Positions 11,201 through 23,775 of a stretch of 64,000 nt of DNA are shown here, in pieces. Under the pieces are notes generated by a model that saw only the letters and a program-made list of their open reading frames with translations, made no database searches and had not been told where the DNA came from. The stretch's first letter is position 1. Each line of letters begins with the position of its first letter. The DNA is from Eledone cirrhosa (lineage: Eukaryota): positions 257,114,001 to 257,178,000 of the forward strand of contig OZ024741.1 of NCBI GenBank assembly GCA_964016885.1. The letters are read 5' to 3'. A program made the position numbers and the translations under genes.

Positions 11201-12934
11201 GAGTGTTCTGACTTACGAGTGTTTCGGCTTATGAGTGTTTCGACTTACGAGTGTTTCGGTTCATGAGTGTTTCGACTTACGAGTGTTTCGGCTTTCGAGT
11301 GTTTCGACTTACGAGTGTTTCGGGTTACGAGTGTTTCGACTTACGAGTGTTTCGACTTACGAGTGTTTTGACTTACGGTTTTTCGGCTTGCGAGTGTTTC
11401 GACATACGAGTGTTTTGACTTACGGGCTTTTCGACTTACGGGTGTTTCGACTTACGAGTGTTTCGACTTACGAGTGTTCTGACTTACGAGTGTTCTGACT
11501 TGCGAGTGTTCCGACTTACGAGTGCTTCGGCCTACGAGTGTTTCGTCATACGAGTGTTTTGACTTACGGATGTTTCAACTTACGGGTGTTTCGACTTACG
11601 AGTGTTTCGACTTACGAGTGTTCTGACTACGAGTGTTCTGACTTACGGGTGCTCTGACTTACGAGTGTTTCGACTTACGAGTGTTTCGACTTACAAGTGT
11701 TTCGGCTTACGAGTGTTTCGACTTACGAGTGTTTTGACTTACGAATGTTTTGCCTTACGGGTGTTCCGGTTTACGAGTGTTTCGACTTACGAGTATTCTG
11801 ACTTACGAGTGTTCCGACTTACGGGTGTTTCGACTTACGAGTGTTTCGACTTACGAGTGTTCCGACCTATGAGGGTTTCGACTTACTGGTGTTCCGACTT
11901 ACGAGTATTTTCGGCTGACGAGTGTTTCGAGTTACGAGTGTTTTGACTTACGATTGTTTCGGCTTACGAGTGTTTCGGCTTACGAGTGTTTTGATTTACG
12001 AGTGTTTTGACTTACGGGTGTTTCGACTTACGCGTGTTTCGAGTTACGAGTGTTTCGACTTACGAGTGTTTCGGCTTATGAGTGTTTCGAATTACGAGTG
12101 TTTTGACTTACGGGTATTTTGACATACGAGTGTTTCGGTACGAGTGTTCTGACTTACGAGTGTTCTGACTTACGAGTGTTCTGACTAACAGGTGTTCTGA
12201 CTTACGAGTGTTCCGACTTACGAGTGTTTCGGCTATGAGTGTTTCGACTTACGGGTGTTTCGACTTACGGGTGTTTCGACTTACGAGTGTTTCGACTTAC
12301 GTGTGTTTCCGCTTACGAGTGTTTCGGCTTACGAGTGTTTCGAATTACGAGTGTTTTGGCTTACGAATGTTTTGACTTACGGGTGTTTCGGTGTATGAGT
12401 GTTTCGACTTAAGGATGTTTCGACTTACGAGTGTTTCGACTTACGAGTGTTTCGACTTACGAGTGTTTCGACTTACGAGTGTTTTGGCTTACGAATGTTT
12501 TGACTTACGGGTGTTTCGACTTACGGGTGTTTCGGCTTACGAGTGTTTCGACTTACGAGTGTTTTGACTTACGAGTGTTCTGACTTACGAGTGTTCTGAC
12601 TTACGAGTGTTACGAGTTACGAGTGTTCCGACTTACGAGTGTTTCGGCTTACGAGTGTTTCGGCTTACGAGTGTTTCGGCTTACGAGTGTTTTGACTTAC
12701 GAGTGTTCTGACTACGAGTGTTCTGACTTACGGGTGTTCTGACTTACGAGTGTTCCGACTTACGAGTGTTTCGGCTAATGAGTGTTTCGACTTACGGGCG
12801 TTTCGACTTACGGGTGTTTCGACTTACGAGTGTTTTGACTTACGAGTGTTCTGACTTACGAGTGTTCTGACTTACGAGAGTTCCGACTTACGACTGTTTC
12901 GACTTACGATTGTTTTGACTTACGAGTGTTCCGA

Positions 12935-15900
12935 CTTACGAGTGTTTCGGCTTATGGGTGTTTTGACGTACGAGTATTTTTGGCTTACGAGTGTTTCTAC
13001 TTACGAGTGTTTTGAATTACGATTGTTTCGGCTTACGAGTGTTTCGACTTACGAGTATTTCGACTTACGAGTTTTTTTACTTACGGTGTTTCGGCTTACG
13101 AGTGTTTCGACTTATGAGTGTTCTGATTTACGGATGTTTCGACATCCGAGTGTTTTGACTTACGGTGTTTCGACTTACGAGTGTTTCGACTTACGAGTGT
13201 TTCGACTTACGGGTGTTTCGGCTTACGAGTGTTTCGACTTACGAGTGTTCTGACTTACGAGTGTTCTGACTTACGAGTGTTCCGGCTTACGAGTTTTTCG
13301 ACTTACGAGTGTTTCGACTTACGAGTGTTTCGGCTTACAAGTGTTTCGGCTTACGAGTGGTTTGACTTACGAGTGTTCTGACTACGAGTGTTCTGTCTTA
13401 CGAGTGTTTCGACTTACGAGTGTTTCGGCTTATGAGTGTTTCGACTTACGAGTGTTTCGGCTTACGAGTGTTTCGACTTACGAGTGTTTCAACTTACGGG
13501 TGTTTCGACTTACGAGTGTTTCGACTACGAATGTTTCGACTTACGAGTGTTTCGGCTTACGAGTGTTTCGACTTATGGGTGTTTCGACTTACGAGTGTTT
13601 TTACTTACGGTGTTTCGGCTTACGAGTGTTTCGACATACGAGTGTTTTGACTTACGGGTGTTTCGACTTACGAGTGTTTCGACTTACGAATGTTTTGACT
13701 TACGGGTGTTTCGGCTTACGAGTGTTTCGATTTATGAGTGTTTCGGCTTACGAGTGTTTCGACTTACTAATGTTTTTACTTACGAGTGTTTCGGCGTACG
13801 AGAGTTTTGACTTACGAGTGTTTCTACTTACGAGTGTTTCGACTTACGAGTGTTTTGACTTACGAATGTTTTGACTTACGGGTGTTTCGGCTTACGAGTG
13901 TTTCGACTTACGAGTCTTTCGGCTTACGAGTGTTTCGACTTACTAATGTTTTTACTTACGAGTGTTTCGGCGTACGAGTGTTTCGACTTACGAGTGTTTC
14001 GACTTACGGGTGTTTTGACTTACGGGTGTTTCGGCTTACGAGTGTTTCGACTTACGAGTGTTTTGACTTAAGGGTGTTTCGACTTACGAGTATTTTTGGC
14101 TTACGAGTGTTTCGACTTACGAGTGTTTTGACTTACGAGTGTTCTAATTTACGGATGTTTCGACATACGAGTGTTTTGACTTACGAGTGTTTCGACTTAT
14201 GAGTGTTTCGACTTACGAGTGTTTCGGCTTACGAGTGGTTTGACTTACGAGTGTTCTGACTACGAGTGTTTTGACTTACGAGTGTTTCGGCTTATGAGTG
14301 TTTCGACTTACGAGTGTTTCGGTTTACGAGTGTTTCGACTTACGAGTGTTTCGACTTACGGGTGTTTCGACTTACGAGTGTTTCGACTACGAGTGTTTCG
14401 ACTTACGAGTGTTTCGGCTTACGAGTGTTTGGACATACGGGTGTTTCGACTTACGATGTTTCGGCTTACGAGTGTTTCGACTTACGAGTGTTCTGACTTA
14501 CGGGTGTTTCGACTTACGGGTGTTTCGACTTAAGAGTGTTTCGACTTACGAGCGCTTCGACTTACGAGTGTTCTGACTTACGAGTGTTCCGACTTACGAG
14601 TGTTTCGGCTTACGAGTGTTTCGGCTTACTAATGTTTTTACTTACGAGTGTTTCGGTGTACGAGTGTTTCGACTTAAGGATGTTTCGACTTACGAGTGTT
14701 TCGACTTACGAGTGTTTCGACTTACGAGTGTTTCGACTTACGAGTGTTTTGGCTTACGAATGTTTTGACTTACGGGTGTTTCGACTTACGGGTGTTTCGG
14801 CTTACGAGTGTTTCGACTTACGAGTGTTTTGACTTACGAGTGTTCTGACTTACGAGTGTTCCGACTTACGAGTGTTCCGACTTACGAGTGTTTCGGCTTA
14901 CGAGTGTTTCGGCTTACGAATGTTTCGGCTTACGAGTGTTTTGACTTACGAGTGTTCTGACTACGAGTGTTCTGACTTACGGGTGTTCTGACTTACGAGT
15001 GTTCCGACTTACGAGTGTTTCGGCTAATGAGTGTTTCGACTTACGGGCGTTTCGACTTACGGGTGTTTCGACTTACGAGTGTTTTGACTTACGAGTGTTC
15101 TGACTTACGAGTGTTCTGACTTACGAGTGTTCCGACTTACGACTGTTTCGACTTACGAGTGTTTTGACTTACGAGTGTTCCGACTTACGATTGTTTCGGC
15201 TTACGGGTGTTTCGACGTACGAGTATTTTTGGCTTACGAGTGTTTCGACTTACGAGTGTTTTGAATTACGATTGTTTCGGCTTACGAGTGTTTCGACTTA
15301 TGAGTGTTTCGACTTACGAGTGTTCTGACTTACGAGTGTTCTGACTTGCGAGTGTTCCGACTTACAAGTGTTTCGGCTTACGAGTGTTTCGACATACGAG
15401 TGTTTTGACTTACGGATGTTTCGACTTACGGGTGTTTCGACTTACGAGTGTTTCGACTTACGAGTGTTCTGACTGCGAGTGTTCTGACTTACGGGTGTTT
15501 CGACTTACGTGTGTTTCGACTTACGAGTGTTCCGACCTACGAGGTTTTCAGCTTACGGGTGTTCCGGCTTATGAGTATTTTCGGCTTACGTGTGTTTCGA
15601 CTTACGAGTGTTTTGACTTACGATTGTTTCGGCTTACGAGTGTTTCGACTTACGAGTGTTTCAACTTACGAGTGTTTTGACTTACGGTGTTTCGGCTTAC
15701 GGGTGTTTCGACTTATGAGTGTTCTGATTTACGGATGTTTCGACATCCGAGTGTTTTGACTTACGGTGTTTCGACTTACGAGTGTTTCGACTTACGAGTG
15801 TTTCGACTTACGGGTGTTTCGGCTTACGAGTGTTTCGGCTTATGGGTGTTTTGACGTACGAGTATTTTTGGCTTACGAGTGTTTCTACTTACGAGTGTTT

Positions 15901-18573
15901 TGAATTACGATTGTTTCGGCTTACGAGTGTTTCGACTTACGAGTATTTCGACTTACGAGTTTTTTTACTTACGGTGTTTCGGCTTACGAGTGTTTCGACT
16001 TATGAGTGTTCTGATTTACGGATGTTTCGACATCCGAGTGTTTTGACTTACGGTGTTTCGACTTACGAGTGTTTCGACTTACGAGTGTTTCGACTTACGG
16101 GTGTTTCGGCTTACGAGTGTTTCGACTTACGAGTGTTCTGACTTACGAGTGTTCTGACTTACGAGTGTTCCGGCTTACGAGTTTTTCGACTTACGAGTGT
16201 TTCGACTTACGAGTGTTTCGGCTTACAAGTGTTTCGGCTTACGAGTGGTTTGACTTACGAGTGTTCTGACTACGAGTGTTCTGTCTTACGAGTGTTTCGA
16301 CTTACGAGTGTTTCGGCTTATGAGTGTTTCGACTTACGAGTGTTTCGGCTTACGAGTGTTTCGACTTACGAGTGTTTCGACTTACGGATGTTTCGACTTA
16401 CGAGTGTTTCGACTACGAATGTTTCGACTTACGAGTGTTTCGGCTTACGAGTGTTTCGACTTATGGGTGTTTCGACTTACGAGTGTTTTTACTTACGGTG
16501 TTTCGGCTTACGAGTGTTTCGACATACGAGTGTTTTGACTTACGGGTGTTTCGACTTACGAGTGTTTCGACTTACGAATGTTTTGACTTACGGGTGTTTC
16601 GGCTTACGAGTGTTTCGATTTATGAGTGTTTCGGCTTACGAGTGTTTCGACTTACTAATGTTTTTACTTACGAGTGTTTCGGCGTACGAGAGTTTTGACT
16701 TACGAGTGTTTCTACTTACGAGTGTTTCGACTTACGAGTGTTTTGACTTACGAATGTTTTGACTTACGGGTGTTTCGGCTTACGAGTGTTTCGACTTACG
16801 AGTCTTTCGGCTTACGAGTGTTTCGACTTACTAATGTTTTTACTTACGAGTGTTTCGGCGTACGAGTGTTTCGACTTACGAGTGTTTCGACTTACGGGTG
16901 TTTTGACTTACGGGTGTTTCGGCTTACGAGTGTTTCGACTTACGAGTGTTTTGACTTAAGGGTGTTTCGACTTACGAGTATTTTTGGCTTACGAGTGTTT
17001 CGACTTACGAATGTTTTGACTTACGAGTGTTCTAATTTACGGATGTTTCGACATACGAGTGTTTTGACTTACGAGTGTTTCGACTTATGAGTGTTTCGAC
17101 TTACGAGTGTTTCGGCTTACGAGTGGTTTGACTTACGAGTGTTCTGACTACGAGTGTTTTGACTTACGAGTGTTTCGGCTTATGAGTGTTTAGACTTACG
17201 AGTGTTTCGGTTTACGAGTGTTTCGACTTACGAGTGTTTCGACTTACGGGTGTTTCGACTTACGAGTGTTTCGACTACGAGTGTTTCGACTTACGAGTGT
17301 TTCGGCTTACGAGTGTTTCGACATACGGGTGTTTCGACTTACGATGTTTCGGCTTACGAGTGTTTCGACTTACGAGTGTTCTGACTTACGGGTGTTTCGA
17401 CTTACGGGTGTTTCGACTTAAGAGTGTTTCGACTTACGAGCGCTTCGACTTACGAGTGTTCTGACTTACGAGTGTTCCGACTTACGAGTGTTTCGGCTTA
17501 CGAGTGTTTCGGCTTACTAATGTTTTTACTTACGAGTGTTTCGGTGTACGAGTGTTTCGACTTAAGGATGTTTCGACTTACGAGTGTTTCGACTTACGAG
17601 TGTTTCGACTTACGAGTGTTTCGACTTACGAGTGTTTTGGCTTACGAATGTTTTGACTTACGGGTGTTTCGACTTACGGGTGTTTCGGCTTACGAGTGTT
17701 TCGACTTACGAGTGTTTTGACTTACGAGTGTTCTGACTTACGAGTGTTCCGACTTACGAGTGTTCCGACTTACGAGTGTTTCGGCTTACGAGTGTTTCGG
17801 CTTACGAATGTTTCGGCTTACGAGTGTTTTGACTTACGAGTGTTCTGACTACGAGTGTTCTGACTTACGGGTGTTCTGACTTACGAGTGTTCCGACTTAC
17901 GAGTGTTTCGGCTAATGAGTGTTTCGACTTACGGGCGTTTCGACTTACGGGTGTTTCGACTTACGAGTGTTTTGACTTACGAGTGTTCTGACTTACGAGT
18001 GTTCTGACTTACGAGTGTTCCGACTTACGACTGTTTCGACTTACGAGTGTTTTGACTTACGAGTGTTCCGACTTACGATTGTTTCGGCTTACGGGTGTTT
18101 CGACGTACGAGTATTTTTGGCTTACGAGTGTTTCGACTTACGAGTGTTTTGAATTACGATTGTTTCGGCTTACGAGTGTTTCGACTTATGAGTGTTTCGA
18201 CTTACGAGTGTTCTGACTTACGAGTGTTCTGACTTGCGAGTGTTCCGACTTACAAGTGTTTCGGCTTACGAGTGTTTCGACATACGAGTGTTTTGACTTA
18301 CGGATGTTTCGACTTACGGGTGTTTCGACTTACGAGTGTTTCGACTTACGAGTGTTCTGACTGCGAGTGTTCTGACTTACGGGTGTTTCGACTTACGTGT
18401 GTTTCGACTTACGAGTGTTCCGACCTACGAGGTTTTCAGCTTACGGGTGTTCCGGCTTATGAGTATTTTCGGCTTACGTGTGTTTCGACTTACGAGTGTT
18501 TTGACTTACGATTGTTTCGGCTTACGAGTGTTTCGACTTACGAGTGTTTCAACTTACGAGTGTTTTGACTTAC
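12935..18573 (+). repeat. Near-tandem 2,888-bp higher-order duplication (~12935-15685 and ~15825-18573)
   Basis: The marker cttatgggtgttttgacgtacg lies at 12951 and 15839. ORF-track pairs 13181/16069, 13341/16229, 14536/17424 and 15384/18272 are all offset by exactly 2888. Boundaries are approximate. Confidence 0.9.
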
Positions 18574-18717
18574 GGGTGTTTTGACATACGAGTGTTTCGA
18601 CACGAGTGTTCTGACTTAAGAGTGTTCTGACTTACGAGTGTTCTGACTTACGAGTGTTCTGACTTACGAGTGTTCTGACTTACGAGTGTTCTGACTTACG
18701 AGTGTTTCGACTTACGA

Positions 18718-18785
18718 AAATAACAAATAGACGCGGTTTCAAATCTCTATGCTTTTCAAGTTCATTACATTAATCTTTATTTATA
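18718..18785 (+). repeat. Spacer copy 3 (subtype B, 68 bp, terminal C deleted)
   Basis: Ends ...ttatttata gtttcgc instead of ...ttatttatac gtttcgc. Confidence 0.95.
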
Positions 18786-21700
18786 GTTTCGCTTTACGAA
18801 TGTTTCGACTTATGAGTGTTTCGACTTACGAGTGTTTCGGCTTACGAGTGTTTTGACTTACGAGATTTTTGACTTACGGGTCTTTCGACTTACGCGTGTT
18901 TCCACTTACGAGTGTTCTGACTTACGAGTGTTCTGACTTACGAGTGTTCCGACTTACGAGTGTTTCGACTTACGAGTGTTTTGGCTTACGAGTGTTTTGA
19001 CTTAAGGGTGTTTCGACTTACGAGTGTTTCGATACGAGTGTTTCGACTTACGAGTGTTTCGGCTTACGAGTGTTTCGACTTACGAGTGTTTCGACTTACG
19101 AGTGTTCTGATTTACGGATGTTTCGACATACGAGTGTTTCGACTTACGAGTGTTTCGACTTACGAGTGTTTTGACATACGGGTGTTTTGACATACGAGTG
19201 TTTCGATACGAGTGTTTCGACTTACGAGTGTTCTGACTTACGAGTGTTCTGACTTACGAGTGTTCTGACTTACGAGTGTTCTGACTTACGAGTGTTCCGA
19301 CTTACGAGTGTTCCGACTTACGAGTGTTTCGGCTTACGAGTGTTTCGGCTTACGAGTGTTTCGACTTACGAGTGTTTCGACTTACGAGTGTTCCGACTTA
19401 CGGGTGTTTCGACTTACGAGTGTTTTGGCTTACGGTGTTTCGGCTTACGAGTGTTTCGACTTACGAGTGTTTTGACTTACGAGTGTTCCGACTTACGAGT
19501 GTTTCGGCTTACGGGTGTTTCGACGTACGAGTATTTTTGGATTACGAGTGTTTCGACTTACGAGTGTTTTGAATTACGATTGTTTCGGCTTACGAGTGTT
19601 TCGACTTACGAGTATTTCGACTTACGAGTGTTTTGACTTACGGGTGTTTTGACATACGAGTGTTTCGATACGAGTGCTCTGACTTACGAGTGTTCTGACT
19701 TACGGGTGTTCTGACTTACGTGTGTTCCGACTTACGAGTGTTTCGGCTATGGGTGTTTCGACTTACGAGTGTTTCGACTTACGAATGTTTTGGCTTACGA
19801 GTGTTTCGGCTTACGAGTGTTTCGACTTACGAATATTTTGGCTTACGAGTGTTTCGGCTTATGGGTGTTTCGACTTACGAGTGTTTCGACTTACGAGTGT
19901 TTTGACTTACGGTGTTTCGGCTTACAAGTTATTCGACATACGAGTGTTTCGACTTACGGGTGTTTCGACTTACGGGTGTTTCGACTTACGAGTGTTTCGA
20001 GTTATGAGTGTTTCGACTTACGAGTGTTCTGACTTACGAGTGTTCTGACTTGCGAGTGTTCCGACATACGAGTGTTTCGGCTTACGAGTGTTTCGACATA
20101 CGAGTGTTTTGACTTACGGATGTTTCGACTTACGGGTGTTTCGACTTACGAGTGTTTCGACATACGAGTGTTCTGACTACGAGTGTTCTGACTTACGGGT
20201 GCTCTGATTTACGAGTGTTTCGACTTACGAGTGTTTCGACTTACGAGTGTTTCGACTTACGAGTGTTTCGGCTTACGAGTGTTTCGACTTACTAATGTTT
20301 TTACTTACGAGTGTTTCGGTGTACGAGTGTTTCGACTTAAGGATGTTTAGACTTACGAGTGTTTCGACTTACGAGTATTTCGGCTTACGTGAGTTTCGAC
20401 TTAAGAGTGTTCTGATTTACGAGTGTTTTGACTTGCGGGTGTTCTGATTTACGAGTGTTCCGACTTACGAGTGTTTCGGCTTATGAGTGTTTCGGCTTAC
20501 GAGTGTTTCGACTTATGGGCGTTTCGACTTACGAGTGTTTTTACTTACGGTGTTTCGGCTTACGAGTGCTTCGACATACGAGTGTTTTGACTTACGTGTG
20601 TTTCGACTTACGAGTGTTTCGACTTACGAATGTTTTGGCTTACGAGTGTTTCGGCTTACGAGTGTTTCGACTTACGAATGTTTTGGCTTACGAGTGTTTC
20701 GGCTTATGGGTGTTTCGACTTACGAGTGTTTCGACTTACGAGTGTTTTGACTTACGGTGTTTCGGCTTACAAGTTATTCGACATACGAGTGTTTCGACTT
20801 ACGGGTGTTTCGACTTACGAGTGTTTCGACTTACGAGTGTTCTGACTTACGAGTGTTCTGACTTACGAGTGTTCTGACTTACGAGTGTTCTGACTTACGA
20901 GTGTTCCGACTTACGAGTGTTCCGACTTACGAGTGTTTTGACTTACGAGTCTTCTGACTTACGAGTGTTCCGACTTACGAGTGTTCCGACTTACGAGTGT
21001 TTCGGCTTACGAGTGTTTCGGCTTACTAATGTTTTTACTTACGAGTGTTTCGGTGTACGAGTGTTTCGACTTAAGGATGTTTCGACTTACGAGTGTTTCG
21101 ACTTACGAGTGTCTTAGCTTACGAATGTTTTGACTTACGGGTGTTTCGACTTACGGGTGTTTCGGCTTACGAGTGTTTCGACTTACGAGTGTTTTGACTT
21201 ACGAGTGTTCTGACTTACGAGTGTTCCGACTTACGAGTGTTCCGACTTACGAGTGTTTCGGCTTACGAGTGTTTCGGCTTACGAATGTTTCGGCTTACGA
21301 GTGTTTTGACTTACGAGTGTTCTGACTACGAGTGTTCTGACTTACGGGTGTTCTGACTTACGAGTGTTCCGACTTACGAGTGTTTCGGCTAATGAGTGTT
21401 TCGACTTACGGGCGTTTCGACTTACGGGTGTTTCGACTTACGAGTGTTTTGACTTACGAGTGTTCTGACTTACGAGTGTTCTGACTACGAGTGTTTTGAC
21501 TTACGAGTGTTTCGGCTTATGAGTGTTTCGACTTACGAGTGTTTCGGCTTATGAGTGTTTCGACTTACGAGTGTTTCGGTTTACGAGTGTTTCGACTTAC
21601 GATTGTTTCGACTTACGGGTGTTTCGACTTACGAGTGTTTCGACTACGAGTGTTTCGACTTACGAGTGTTTCGGCTTACGAGTGTTTCGACATACGGGTG

Positions 21701-22443
21701 TTTTGACTTACGATGTTTCGGCTTACGAGTGTTTCGACTTACGAGTGTTCTGACTTACGAGTGTTCTGACTTATGAGTGTTCTGACTTACGAGTGTTCCG
21801 ACTTACGAGTGTTTCGGCTTACGAGTGTTTCAGCTTACGAGTGTTTCGACTTACGAGTGTTTCGACTTACGAGTGTTTCGACTTACGAGTGTTTCGACTT
21901 ACGAGTGTTTTGAGATACGGTGTTTCGGCTTACGAGTCTTTCGACTTACGAGTGTTTTGACATACGGTGTTTCGGCTTACGAGTGTTTCGACATACGAGT
22001 GTTTTGACTTACGGGTGTTTCGACTTTCGGGTGTTTCGACTTAAGAGTGTTTCGACTTACGAGCGCTTCGACTTACGAGTGTTCTGACTTACGAGTGTTC
22101 CGACTTACGAGTGTTTCTGCTTACGAGTGTTCCGACTTACGAGTGTTTCGACTTACGAGTGTTTCGGCGTACGAATGTTTTGACTTACGGTGTTTGGACT
22201 TACGAGTGTTTCGACTTACGAGTGTTTAGACTTACTGGTGTTTTGACATACGAGTGTTTCGATACGAGTGTTTCGACTTACGAGTGTTCTGACTTACGAG
22301 TGTTCTGACTTACGAGTGTTCTGACTTACGAGTGTTCTAACTTACGAGTGTTCTGACTTACGAGTGTTCTGACTTACGAGTGTTCCGACTTACGAGTGTT
22401 TCGGCTCACGAGTGTTTCGGCTTACGAGTGTTTCGACTTACGA

Positions 22444-22512
22444 AAATAACAAATAGACGCGGTTTCAAATCTCTATGCTTTTCAAATTCATTACATTAAT
22501 CTTTATTTATAC
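22444..22512 (+). repeat. 69-bp spacer, copy 4 (subtype A)
   Basis: Matches copy 1 by eye, with the same flanking variant monomers (ggctcacg upstream, ttacatgtg downstream). Confidence 0.95.
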
Positions 22513-23041
22513 GTTTCGCTTTACGAGTGTTTCGACTTACGAGTGTTTCGACTTACGAGTGTTTCGGCTTACGAGTGTTTTGACTTACGAGTGTTTTGAC
22601 TTACATGTGTTTCGACTTACGCGTGTTTCGACTTACGAGTGTTTCGACTACGGGTGTTTCGACTTACGAATGTTTTGACTTACGGATGTTTTGACTTACG
22701 GGTGTTTCGGCTTACGAGTGTTTCGACTTACGAGTGTTTTGACATACGGTGTTTCGGCTTACGAGCGTTTCGACATACGAGTGTTTTGACTTACGGGTGT
22801 TTCGACTTACGGGTGTTTCGACTTAAGAGTGTTTCGACTTACGAGCGCTTCGACTTACGAGTGTTCTAACTTACGAGTGTTCCGACTTACGAGTGTTTCT
22901 GCTTACGAGTGTTTCGACTTACGAGTGTTTGGGCTTACGAGTGTTTCAGTGTTTCGGCTTACGTGTGTTTCGACTTACGAGTGTTTCGATTTACGAGTGT
23001 TTCGGCTTACGAGTGTTTCGGCTTACGAGTGTTTCGGCTTA

Positions 23042-23775
23042 TTATATATAAACGTTTCTATTTCCATCGTTTTATCGTAAACGTTTATATATTTCCATCG
23101 TTATATCATAACGTTTATATTTCCGTCACTAATCTCTTTTTCTCCTTTTGCGTTTTAACATATATTTATTTCAAAGATTTCACCGTATAGATAACATATA
23201 TATTTATACATGCATAAAAGACACACTGAGAGACGGTGAACATGTGGTGCCAAAAACATTTCTAATCCAAATCTCAACAATATCAGTATATACACTAGAT
23301 TTGCTAGCAGAAAACCGCCCACCGGGTGGTTTTCTGCTAGTCTATATATATAAAACTGAGGATGTCTGTCTGTGTGTGAGTTTGAATCCCTAAAACTCGA
23401 GAACCACCCAACCGACTGTTTTCAAACTTTACACATGTAATACTTACGTTTCAGGGAGTGTTCTGAGCAAAAAATATTTCAAATTTTCAATGCCCTAGGG
23501 ACCACATTAGGCGATTTAGCGATTTCTCTCTATAATTCTTAGTCTTTCTCTTTTTAGATAGATACATACATATAACGTCGTGCCCTTATATCTGTCTGTA
23601 TGTCTGGCTGTCTGCATTACGTCACTTCCCTGAGGATGTCTGTCTGTGTGTGTGTTTGTGAGTTTGAATCCCTAAAATGCGAGAAGTACCCAACCGATTT
23701 TTTTCAAACTTTACATGTGTATTACTTGTTTCAGGGAGTGTTTGTTATGCACATAAAATTCAACCTTTTGATCTG
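23042..23775 (+). mobile_element. ~734-bp insert, copy 2; putative Helitron-like fragment(s)
   Basis: Same junctions as 3980-4718 (offset 19062). Differs by about 5 substitutions plus 3-bp and 2-bp indels. Hairpin at 23304-23340 and TC start at 23341. Confidence 0.6.
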
